This document shows, piece after piece, positions 26,661-38,900 of a stretch of DNA of 64,000 nt; position 1 is the stretch's first letter; every line of letters begins with the position of its first letter. Origin of the DNA: Octopus sinensis (Eukaryota); NCBI RefSeq assembly GCF_006345805.1, contig NC_043011.1:30640464-30704463 (forward strand). Direction: 5' to 3'. The position numbers and the translations under genes are program-made. The notes below the pieces were generated by a model that saw only the letters and a list, made by a program, of their open reading frames with translations, searched no databases and was not told where the DNA came from.

Positions 26661-26689
26661 TATATATATATATATATATATACAGAGGC

Positions 26690-26846
26690 GCAGGCGTGGC
26701 TGTATGATAAGAAGCTTGCTTCCCACCACATGGTATCAGGTACGGTCCTACTGAGTGGCACCTTGGGCAAGTGCCCTCTACTATAGCCTCGGGCCGATCA
26801 AAGCTTTGTGAATGGATTTGGTAGACGGAAACCGAAAGAAGACCGT

Positions 26847-26903
<57 letters not shown>

Positions 26904-27139
26904 TGTGTGTGTGTGTGTGCGTGCGTGCGTGTCTGTGTTTGTCCTCTCACTATCGCTTGACAACTGATGCTAGTATGTCTATGTTCCCGTAACTTAGCAG
27001 TTCGGCAAAAAGAAACTGATAGGGTAAGTATTAGGCTTAGAAAGAATAAGTGCTGGGGTAGATTCTTCAACTAAAACCCCTTTAGGACGTTGCTCCAGCA
27101 TGGCCACAGCACAGTCAAATGACTGCATCAAGTAAAAGA

Positions 27140-27195
<56 letters not shown>

Positions 27196-27625
27196 CATGT
27201 ATGTATGTATGTATGTATGTGTGTATGTATGTATAGGTCAATATAAAGATCCTCACTCGGGAACACACACACGAATGCTGAAAAAAAAATAATGTCTCTG
27301 GAATAAAAGGCTCATTTTCATGAAGATCATAGATGATTTTGGTCTAAAATATGAAATGGAAAGAAGGATTATAATATTTATGTATCATAACTGAAGGCAA
27401 CCAAGAACATATCAACAACAACAACACTGGAGGCGCAATGGCCCAGCGGTTAGAGCAGCAGACTCGTGGTCGTAAGAACGCGGTTTCGATTCCCAGACCG
27501 GGCATTTGCGAGTGTTTATTGAGCAAAAACACATAAGCTCCACGAAGGTCCGGCAGGGGTGGGGGTGAACCCCGCTGTACTCTTTCACCACAACTTTATC
27601 TCACTCTTTCTTCCTACTTCTGTCA
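26690..27625 (+). mobile_element. SINE family B (26690-27140) and family D (27428-27625)
   Basis: Family heads and cores. Confidence 0.85.
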
Positions 27626-27905
27626 CAAAGCAGAAGAACCGTGGCGTAACCCACTATGGTGTGGAAAACTTTCAGACCCTAGTCTAGATTGCTAATCCTC
27701 TTTACCCCAGGATGGTTTTGGCTCTACACCGCTAAAAGCCACCGTTTACGGAATAAGGATAACAACGTAGCTTTCGCGCCCATGCAACCGCCAGTCTCTC
27801 GTGTGTGTCGGGAGGATCTTTAAATTGCCACATTCATTCTTAGTAGCTTAGAGTAGGCTCGAATTAGAGATTATTCTTTGTGGCTAATGGCGTGATTCCT
27901 GATTG

Positions 27906-27919
27906 AAAGAAGGAAGAAG

Positions 27920-27951
<32 letters not shown>

Positions 27952-27952
27952 G

Positions 27953-27984
<32 letters not shown>

Positions 27985-28105
27985 GAAGAAGAAGAAGAAG
28001 AAGAAGAAGAAGATGAAGAAGAAGAAGAAGAAGAAGAAGAAGAAGAAGAAGAAGAAGAAAGAAGAAGATGAAGAAGAAGAAGAAGACGACGACGATGACA
28101 ACAAC
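27906..28105. repeat. (AAG)n microsatellite grading into (GAC)/(AAC)
   Basis: Direct reading. Confidence 0.97.
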
Positions 28106-28319
28106 AAATCTTTAAACTAAATTTTCAGTCAAGCTTCGATTAAACTAAATAACAGAAGCCCACTGGGAAGAGACCTAAGATATGACTGGTACAAGGTGAT
28201 GATATTCTATACAGAGTTATTTTATTTTCATATTTAGATATCTGGTAGGCCAAATTACCTTGATATGGCACGGGAAAATCTTGAAGCCAAGAATGAAAAT
28301 ACTTCTTTAATGCAAGAAG

Positions 28320-28690
28320 CTGCTTCACAACTACATAGTTCCGGGTTCAGCCCCACTGCGTGGCACCTTGGGCAAGTGTCTTCTACTATAGGAATTTGTG
28401 TGTGTGCGTGTGTGTGTGTATGTATGTGTCTGTGTGTGCGTGTGTGTGTGTGTGTGTGTATGTTCATGTTTATGTGTGTCTTTGCGTCCGCATTTGTCCC
28501 CACATCACCATTTCACAACCAGTGTTGGTATGTTTACTTCTCCGTAATCTAGCGGTTCGGCAAAAGCTATCAATAGTATAAGTACTAAGCTGAAAAAAAA
28601 ATTGCCCTGGTGTCGATCTGCTCGACTAAAACCGTTCATAGCCGTGCCCCAGCATGGCCGCAGTCAAATGACTGGAACAAGTTGAAAATA
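28320..28690 (+). mobile_element. SINE family B
   Basis: ccactgcgtggcaccttgggcaagtgtcttctactata; 3' cagcatggccgcagtcaaatgact. Confidence 0.87.
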
Positions 28691-28756
28691 TGTGTGTGTA
28701 TACACACATACATGTGTGTATACACAAATATGTGTGTGTATACACACACAAACATA

Positions 28757-29612
28757 TAGTAGTCTGATCAATAAGTATTCGGACTGTTACCATAGTCACG
28801 AAGCTAAATCACGCAGATTGACGTCGCTTGGCACAGATTGACCTTGAACTCTGCTGTGCATGCGCACTAAGCGTTTTAACGTTCTAGCTCACTTCCGCTA
28901 TTTACGATAGTGCTTGGAAAAATGTGTACGTGTGATCGTCGCATTGACCATAACAAAGAAAGTTGGGCAGAGAATCTGCATCAAATTTCGCAAAAAGCTT
29001 GGCGATACCTGCTCAGAGGCTTACACAAAGTTTTCAAAAAGTTTTCATCGTTCTCGACATAATCAAGGAGATCTTGTGCAATTGAAATCCGAGTGACTTT
29101 TTGGTCAGCTGAAAGCAGTTTTGGAACAAATTTGGCAGGCACGCGTCTCATACCCAAATTTTCAGTGATAATGGACTGAACTGAACCGTAACTAATCAGC
29201 ACATCCTCTGATAACTTACCGATGGTGATTCGACGATTTCGCCTCACAACTGCACGCACATCTACGCTGTTTTCTCAGTTCTGCCGGTTGCTGTCTCCCA
29301 GAACGTTCCTCAATATCGACATTTTTTCGGCCATCTTGGAAATATCTGAACCACTCGTACACATGTGTGTGGCTCATACACTCCTCTCCATGCACTTTCT
29401 GCAATTTTGCGCAGGCCTCATCACCATGGCAAATTTCTATGTCATGGTTAATGCGACTATCACACGCTACACACTTTCCTTCGAAGCACTGGTATTAACA
29501 GCGAAAGAGAGCTAGAACGTTAAAAGGTCAATCTGTGCCGAGCGGCTTTACTCTGCATAGTAGCTTCGTAACTAAGGCAACAGTCCCGATACTTATTGAT
29601 CAAACCTCCTGT
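28757..29612. mobile_element. Non-autonomous mariner made of two left ends facing each other
   Basis: TIR gtctgatcaataagtattcggactgtt and its inverse. Plus strand GQRICIKFRKKLGDT; minus strand VYEWFRYFQDGRKNV..NLGMRRVPAKFVPKLLSADQK. Confidence 0.8.
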
Positions 29613-29731
29613 ATATATATATATATATAATATATATATATATAATATATATATATAAGCATTAAAATCAAAATGAGGTGTAAAATGTATATCAATTTAA
29701 TAATATCATTTTTACACCAATGGTTTTTTAG

Positions 29732-29780
<49 letters not shown>

Positions 29781-29814
29781 TCTATATATACAAATAATAT
29801 ATATATATTTATAC

Positions 29815-29854
<40 letters not shown>

Positions 29855-29877
29855 TGTGTGTGCGTGCGTGTGTGTGG

Positions 29878-30120
29878 AGGCGCGTGGCTTAGTGGTTACG
29901 GTGTCAGCTTCATGATCGTAAGATTGTGGTTTCGATTCCTGGAGCGGGCGACGTGTTGTGTTCTTGAGCAAAACACTTCATTTCATGTTGCTCCAGTCCA
30001 CTCAGCTGGCAAAAATAAGTAACGCTGCGATGGACTGGCTCCCGTCCAGCTGGGAACCATATACGCCATAGAAACCGGGAAATCGGGCCCATGAACCTGG
30101 CTAGGCTTGAAAAGAGCGCA
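29878..30120 (+). mobile_element. SINE family C
   Basis: gaggcgcgtggcttagtggtta; gcgatggactggctcccgtccagctgg. Confidence 0.88.
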
Positions 30121-30172
30121 TTTATTTATTATGTATATGTATGTATGTATATATATATATCTATATCTATAT

Positions 30173-30253
<81 letters not shown>

Positions 30254-30669
30254 CGGAGAAAGAGAGAGAACAAAGTTATTTTATTCCACACGGATAGGAA
30301 TATAGGAAAAACAGAAGTTGAGAATGCACTGAGAATAGTTAACATGTTTTTTGTTATATTTAAAGATTTAACCGATTTAACATTTTACACCGATTTTCAA
30401 AAAATTGTAATAGAAAGACGTTGCTAATGTTGCAACTGTCTTGCTTCTGACTAGTGTTTGAAGCTTGTCCTATTTTTATAAGGAGTTCATGGCTCGAATT
30501 AGTATGTTTTGATTGGTAGGTGAAAGTCACGACTAGTCTTATAAATTTTTGTAGGTTCCCTGCTACGTCCGTGTGACGTAGTATCAAGTGACAATATTTG
30601 GCGTCGTAAGTTCATGCTGACATGGTTCACTGAACATGCCTAGTGACAGTACCCAACAATCAATGCTTT

Positions 30670-30870
30670 TTTCTACTCTAGGCACAAGGCCCGAAATTTT
30701 GGGGGAAGGGGCTAGTCGATTAAATCAACCCCAGTACACAACTGGTACTTATTGACCCCGAAAGGACGAAAGGCAAAGGCGACCTTGACGCAATTTGAAC
30801 TCAGAACGTAAAAACAGACGAAATACCGCCAAGCATTTCGCCCGGCGTGCTAACATTTCTGCCAGCTCGT
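30670..30870 (-). mobile_element. SINE family A
   Basis: Reverse-complement family core. Confidence 0.82.
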
Positions 30871-31154
30871 TGCTCTGAATGTTTTCTGTCAAGTGTTTGT
30901 AGAGAATGAACACGTGATTAAGTTTAGAATCTTTTGTATCTTTCTCTCTACATCCGTGCTTTAGTGTCACAGTATATTTTGCACCTAAAACGAAGGCCGA
31001 GGCGGTTGAGTGAAGATGCTTAGTTACAATCAAGACACACTAAATATAATTTTCCAGGTGGGAGAATGGGCAGGAGTCGATTGTATGTAGTTTAGGTTGT
31101 TTGATGTGTAGGTTTCTCATATTAGGGGGCAGAATGAATTTTGTGTGTGAATAG

Positions 31155-32990
31155 TTATGTGTGTATATGTACTCTGTTAAAGTTTAAGTCTTGGTTTGTA
31201 CTTTTGTATGAAAGTATTTTCTTTCTTTACCCGTGCTTCTTGTGTGGTATTCACTGAACATAGGTAGAGTGGGAAGACCTGGAATTTAGGGGACTTACTT
31301 TTTGCATATATGTCTATGTGTCCACTCCGTGGAATCTTTCAAGTACTGGGGTCTCGTATTTGTTGTCGGTGAATGGTCAGTCTATTTCTTAAATTAAGCT
31401 TTGTTTGACTTATGTAATATTCATTACATTCTTGAAATTTGATAGCGTATATTATATTTCTTGAATAACATATAAAATGATTTTTTACGGTAAAAATCTT
31501 TCCTGATTTGAATTTGTATGTTGTGTCTTCAATAAGGTTGATGCAGATCCCGCAATTGGGGCGGATACTTTTGGACTGTTGGTTTGGGAATTGTGGAAGT
31601 TAATTTAGCGCTGGTGAGGAATTTTTGAGGGACTTTGATTGCCCTTTGATTATTTTGTGTATTTCTAATGCTTGTTTCATTCTTGGGTCTTATCTTAGTA
31701 GTGGGATATTCTGATGGATAATATTATAAACCTCTGTGTTTCTTATGTTGTGTGTTGTAATAAAGCGTAGAGTATTGGAGGTGTCTGGACCGTTTTTCGT
31801 ATTTTTAGGATATTTATTGCTTTGGCACGTTGTATTCCGTTGTCTTAATTACCATTAGTGGACATTGTCTTTTAAGTAGTATTTGCTTTAGTTCCTGGAG
31901 TCTTTTATTGTGAGTTTCAGGGTTTGAGACAATTGTGCAGATTCTTCTTCCTTATTCTTCGTATGTTTGGAATGGCATTAAGAGAACGGTAGGTATTGTT
32001 TAAAATATCTTTGTGGTGAATGTCTGGTTCAAGGTTTTTATCTCTTTGATGGTTAGTAAGTCTAGGAATGATTGTTGAGTTTTACTGTATTCCATGGTGA
32101 AGTTGACATTATTGTTTATACTGTTGATTAGATTTTTGAAATCTATAAGTTGTTCAAGTGTGGACGTCCATAAAATTACACAGTCATCTAGATAACATTT
32201 CCTGTTTTCTAGTAGACATTTTTGGAAGTTCAAGCCATATTTTAATTTAGATTGTTCAGATATCGGGACCTCCATGTATGCCATGACCAGATTGGCGTAC
32301 GTAGGAGCAACTTTTATCGCCATCGCAGTCCCAGATATTTGTTTGTAAATATTGCCATCGAAGTAAAAAAAAAAGTTGTTTTTGAGGATGAATTTTAAAC
32401 TTTCAGTGATGAAACTTTTTTCAATTCTGTCTGAAATTTCATGAGGGAATTTCTTAAGCCAGAAATTTATGGCCTCTAGTTCATATTGGTGTAGAATTGT
32501 GGTATAGAGATTAATCGTATCAAAAGATACACTAGTGGTATCTTTGTGTATGGATTTTGGAAGGTGGTTTAACAGATCCATGTCGTCCCTTACAAGACTT
32601 GGGAAGTATTTTAAAATAGGTTTTAGTAATATATCTAAAAAGTTACTGAGTTTGTGTGCTTCACAGTTCGGGTCTGCTACGATTGGCCTGAATTTAAGAT
32701 CGGCGAGATAGTGTACGCTTATGCAACATGAGGTTAATTCTTTACACGCATTCTTAATAGTTTGATTCTTGCGGATTTGGGGCAGAGCGTAGAAGAAGCT
32801 AGTCTTGCAATCAAAATGGGTTAGATAGTCATGTTCCTTGTTTGTTAAACTTTTTTGATGTTTGTGAATGAGTGTGTTCAGTTTAGTCATTGTATTTGGT
32901 TTTTGGTAATTGTTTACTTTTCGTAGTAGATCGTATCATGTAATATAGATAGTATATCTTTTTTGAAATGCTCAATATCCATAATATCCT
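31155..32990 (-). mobile_element. Penelope-like element (RT plus GIY-YIG endonuclease), decayed
   Basis: ORF 32000-32890 has FRPIVA, SFDTINLYTTI, YKQISGTAMAIKVAPTYANL, YLDDC. Downstream: RRICTIVS..., CGIC, CYSRNIIYAIKFQECNEYYISQT..LRNRLTIH and KENTFIQKYKPRL. Confidence 0.9.
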
Positions 32991-33182
32991 CTACCAATCA
33001 AGTCCTATTTAAAGCATAATAATTTGAGCCCTGAACTCACTACAAAAAGAGGACAAGATTCAAACACTAGTCAGAAGCCAGACAGTCGAAACATAAGTAT
33101 ATATATATATATATATATCTATATATATATATATTATATATATATATATATTGTAGATAGATAGATAGATAGATGTACATAC

Positions 33183-33228
<46 letters not shown>

Positions 33229-33244
33229 TTATATATATATATAT

Positions 33245-33300
33245 AGAGAGAGAAAGAGATATGTACATATATATATATCCATATATACATACATATGTAT

Positions 33301-33343
<43 letters not shown>

Positions 33344-34620
33344 TCTGTCAGTGTGTGTGTCTTTATATATTTAAAGACTGTAGTTGTATAAAGCCGGAAC
33401 ACTGCTAGCATTTACAAAGTAAACTTCGATTTGTAGGTCACTTTGTACCTTCTCGCATCGTTGCGGCATTACACAACTACTTTCTTTAAATTACACCTCA
33501 CAATGCCTCACAAAAACAACCTTATGTATATATATATGCATATTTGTGTATATGTATAGGAAGTTAAAAATTATGGCTGAAGGCGCATTGGTGCGAAACC
33601 AATAGTCACTCTATGATCTCCCATAACTTTTAAACTTCTTAAAATAATATATTACTGTTCTAATACTTTAGAGCGTCCTTCTTTTTCGGATATGAACTAC
33701 TGATTATATATATATATATATAGAGAGAGAAAGAGATATGTACATATATATATATCCATATATACATACATATGTATGAGTGTGTGTGTGTGTGTGTGTG
33801 AGTCTGTCAGTGTGTGTGTCTTATATATTTAAAGACTGTAGTTGTATAAAGCCGGAACACTGCTAGCATTTACAAAGTAAACTTCGATTTGTAGGTCACT
33901 TTGTACCTTCTCGCATCGTTGCGGCATTACACAACTACTTTCTTTAAATTACACCTCACAATGCCTCACAAAAACAACCTTATGTATATATATATGCATA
34001 TTTGTGTATATGTATAGGAAGTTAAAAATTATGGCTGAAGGCGCATTGGTGCGAAACCAATAGTCACTCTATGATCTCCCATAACTTTTAAACTTCTTAA
34101 AATAATATATTACTGTTCTAATACTTTAGAGCGTCCTTCTTTTTCGGATATGAACTACTGATTATATATATATATATATAGAGAGAGAAAGAGATATGTA
34201 CATATATATATATCCATATATACATACATATGTATGAGTGTGTGTGTGTGTGTGTGTGAGTCTGTCAGTGTGTGTGTCTTATATATTTAAAGACTGTAGT
34301 TGTATAAAGCCGGAACACTGCTAGCATTTACAAAGTAAACTTCGATTTGTAGGTCACTTTGTACCTTCTCGCATTGTTGCGGCATTACACAACTACTTTC
34401 TTTAAATTACACCTCACAATGCCTCACAAAAACAACCTTATGTATATATATATGCATATTTGTGTATATGTATAGGAAGTTAAAAATTATGGCTGAAGGC
34501 GCATTGGTGCGAAACCAATAGTCACTCTATGATCTCCCATAACTTTTAAACTTCTTAAAATAATATATTACTGTTCTAATACTTTAGAGCGTACTTCTTT
34601 TTCGGATATGAACTACTGAT
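33245..34620. repeat. Three near-identical tandem units of about 460-480 bp
   Basis: Units start at about 33246, 33723 and 34181 and differ mainly in microsatellite length. Confidence 0.95.
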
Positions 34621-34623
34621 ATA

Positions 34624-34659
<36 letters not shown>

Positions 34660-34663
34660 GGAG

Positions 34664-34739
<76 letters not shown>

Positions 34740-35821
34740 CCATACATACATACATACATACATACATACATACATACATGCATACATACATGTATTTAAT
34801 ATACATATGTATATATATAATATACAACATACATATAATATATGTATATTTGTTAGGGTGTTGTGTGTGTACACAACACTCTAACAAATATTAATCACAC
34901 ACGCACAAACGTGCACACATATACACACACCATCCTACCAAATATAAAACACACAGACCCATTTACACACACCACAATAAACTCCAGGACCAATAAGAAA
35001 CGGCTCCCACCCACAAACACATGGATATACATACACACATAGAGACGTGCACATAGATACACACACTCATACCATTCTGACCTCTAAGACCAGTCCCCAA
35101 AACCACTGAACCATAACAGACTAGCCTGGAAACAAAAAAATCCTTTTAATTCCACATTGCTCTTCCTTTCCCCCCACCCCAACCAACTCCCCACAGAGTC
35201 CCTTAAAATAGCAAACAATTCTTAGCTACACACAAAATAAAAAATGCTAGGAATACAGGTTGGTTCCTCTAAAATTCTTTGTAAACTCTTAAATATATCT
35301 CCTTCTGTAAAAATATATATAATATATATATATATATATATACTTCCAAACAAACATGATTTTTATTGAACTCCTAATACTTCTTAAATACTTTCTTAAA
35401 TACTTTCTTGTAAACTGTTTTTAACATTTTCTTATTATTATAAAAGAATGTATAAATGTATTTTGATACTTTAGTGACAACCAGTACTTAACACAACAAA
35501 GCTTATACAAAACATTACACTTTACTTTTGACAATCTTTTTCTAAATAAAGTGAAACCGGTCAAGTGAATAAACATCTTTAAAATTGCATTTTCAAAACT
35601 TCTTTCATATATATATATATATTCATATACGTAAATGTTAACAAGTGAAACCAATGGTACATAGGTAATCGTTTTCTTATTTCGTATATTTTCATTTGTC
35701 TTGCTTATTTTTACATTGTTTTTTTGATGAGATTTTTCTTGAGAACACATTCTTCGTGGTAATGGCGATTTGACCTCTATGTTTAGCATATACATTGTCC
35801 ACTTTAGTGGTCAGTCCTCTA

Positions 35822-35904
<83 letters not shown>

Positions 35905-35906
<2 letters not shown>

Positions 35907-38900
35907 AGGTCTCCGCTCGGAGCTACTGGTAACATGTAACCCAGTACAACCTGTTACATGGTCGGGTCGTGGCGACTAAACTGGCAACCCCACCAAGATT
36001 TCTTGGTGAGGAGGGTGATTTGGACACCCAGCAGGACTAAAAACAAAACCTGTCAAAGGGCAGAGGAACTCTCTCATGAGTCAATGGCCATCCAAAATCC
36101 GGAGTGGAGCCCCTAAGGCGGTTGGATTGCGCCATGCGTGCCACCTTCCGGCAGCTCCTGCATCTTGGTCTACCCCCAGTCGTCTTGACTTTGTCTTGCC
36201 ACTGGATCCAGCGCACCAGGACGAGAGAGTGAGGCTGATCCTGCGCAAGTCACCCTCACTATAATCCAAGTCACGCGCATGTCACGACATCATGACGCCA
36301 TGACACCATCCCAAAGTCCTGTGACGATGGGGAAACGCGCGAAGTAGCAGGTGAGGATACACTGGGAGCTGCAGTCGTGAACCCACCACAGGCGGCTCAG
36401 GACATGTGGTCGCCCCTCACTGAACTGAGGCAGCAGTGGAGTCCGGCAGCCTCCTGAGTGACCGAGCAGCCCTCTTCAGGATCGCTCTGCTCGCCTCCCC
36501 AGCATGAGGACGGGGCTAGAAAAGGTTGCCCTAAACATAGCCTGCCTCACCTCACCCTGGTCGAAAACCGCGGCTGGCGGGGATCCTTTCCAAGCGGTCG
36601 AAACAAAGAAAGAAGAAAACAAACAAAGGTGCTCACTTTCGCAACATGGAACGTGAGAACTCTGCTTGACAACACCAAAGCGGACAGACCAGAGAGACGA
36701 ACTGCCCTGGTAGCCAGAGAACTGAGCCGATACAGTGTCGATATTGCAGCACTGAGCGAGACCCGCCTTGCGGACAAAGGCCAGCTGACAGAGACAGGCG
36801 GCGGCTACACTTTCTTTTGGAGTGGTCGCAGCAGCGAAGAGCGTCGTGAGGCTGGTGTTGGTTCTGCCATTAAGTCAGTACACGTGCGGAAACTGGAAAG
36901 CCCCCCCGAGGGTATCAACGATCGGCTGATGAAGATGCAGCTCCCACTTGGAAACAAGACTAGTGCGACCATCATCAGTGCTTACGCCCCCACCATGACC
37001 AACCCTGAAGAAGTTAAGGACAGGTTCTATGAGGAACTCGACTCCCTCATCACGTCAGCCCAGCCTGGGAAGCTCATCCTCTTTGGGATTTAACGCCCGT
37101 GTCGGGACTGACCACCAAGCCTGGCATCGCGTACTGGGAAAGCAAGGAATCGGAAAGTGCAACAGCAACGGACAGCTCCTCCTGCGTGCGTGTGCCTCTC
37201 ATGATCTTACCATCGCCAACACCTTGTTCCGTCTGCCAACACGCAACAAGACATCATGGATGCATCCACGCTCCAAACACTGGCATCTGATAGATTACGT
37301 CATCGTCAGGGCGAAAGACAGGCGGGACGTGAGACTGGTCAAAGCCATGTGCGGAGCTGACTGCTGGACGGACCATCGCCTCATCATCTCCAGGATGGAT
37401 TTCTACATCCGACCTAAGAGAAGACCACAGGGTCAGAAAGTGACGAGGAAGCTTAACATCACGAAATTAAAGAACCAGCTGACTGCACAAGATCTCCAGT
37501 CACGTATGGACAGTAAGCTGTTGGACATTCGGAGTGACCAGTCCAGCATCGATGAGCAGTGGGAATCATTCAGGGACACGGTTCATTCCATCGCCCGTGA
37601 AACTCTGGGCCAAATTACGAGGAACCACCAGGACTGGTTCGACGAAAACGACCAGGAAATCCAAAAGCTCCTGGAAGAGAAACGCCGTCTGCTGCGGGCT
37701 CACCAAAACGACACCACCTGCACGGCAAAGAAGGCCGCTTTCAACAACATTCGCAGCACAGTCCAGGCTAAACTCCGCCTCATGCAAGACGCATGGTTAA
37801 GCGCCAAGGCGGATGAGATTCAGGGATACGCAGACAAACACGACACCAAGAAATTCTACGAGGCGCTGAAAGCTGTCTATGGACCGCAGTTCTCCTTGGA
37901 TCAACCCCCCTGCTCAGCTCAGATGGAACCTCACTCCTGACTAACAAGAGGCTGATCCTGGAGAGATGGGCGGAGCACTTCAACATCGTGCTCAACTGAC
38001 CAGCCCAGATCAACGAGGAAGCCATCGCACGACTCCCCCAGGTGCCGACAAACCACGGGTTGGCTGTTCCCCCTGCAGTCGAGGAAGTGAGCAGAGCCAT
38101 CAAAAAAATGTCCACCGGCAAGGCTCCAGGCTCTGACGCCATCCCTGCAGAGGTGTTCAAGTCGGGCGGCCCCACCATGATCAGTCAGCTCACCAGCCTG
38201 TTCCAGTCGATGTGGGACAGGGAACAACTCCCTCAAGATTTCCGGGACGCAACAATCGTCCACATTTATAAGCGGAAGGAGGAGATCGGCAGTCCTGCGA
38301 CAACCACCGAGGTATTTCCCTCTTGTCCATAGCAGGCAAGATCCTGGCCCGGGTCCTGCTTGACCGCCTCTGGAACACTTGGAGCAAGGCCTTCTCCCTG
38401 AGAGCCAGTGTGGCTTCCGTGCGGGTCGAGGGACCACTGACATGATATTCGCGCCGCCCAGCTTCAGGAGAAATGCATGGAGCAGCACCTTGACCTCTGC
38501 ATGACCTTTGTTGACCTCACCAAGGCCTTTGATACAGTCAGTCGGGAGGGACTATGGAAGGTCATGGGAAAATTTGGTTGCCCCAGCAAATTTATTGCAA
38601 TTGTCCACCAGTTCCATGACGGAATGACAGCCAGAATCCTTGAAGACGGGACGACTCATCTGAAGCCTTCCAGGTGACCAACGAGTCAGGCAGGGCTGTG
38701 TCCTGGCCCCAACACTGTTCAGCATCATGTTCTCGGCAATGATGTCCGACGCCTTTAGGGACTGCAAGTCCGGTATCAACATCAAGTACAGGACAGACGG
38801 GAAACTTTTCAACTCCAGGAGATTGCAGGCTGTCACAAAGGTGAGGGAGACAGTCGTCAGAGACTTTCTTCTTTGCTGACGACTGCGCCCTTAATGCAAT

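Noticed and set aside
27428-27500. tRNA-like sequences at SINE heads (also 9700-9765, 29878, 61770)
   Set aside because: No complete cloverleaf; they continue into SINE bodies.
27690-27760. Minus-strand ggggtaaagagg resembling the 3' part of RTE twister ribozymes
   Set aside because: The conserved GUCCCAAGCCC and UAA elements are absent.
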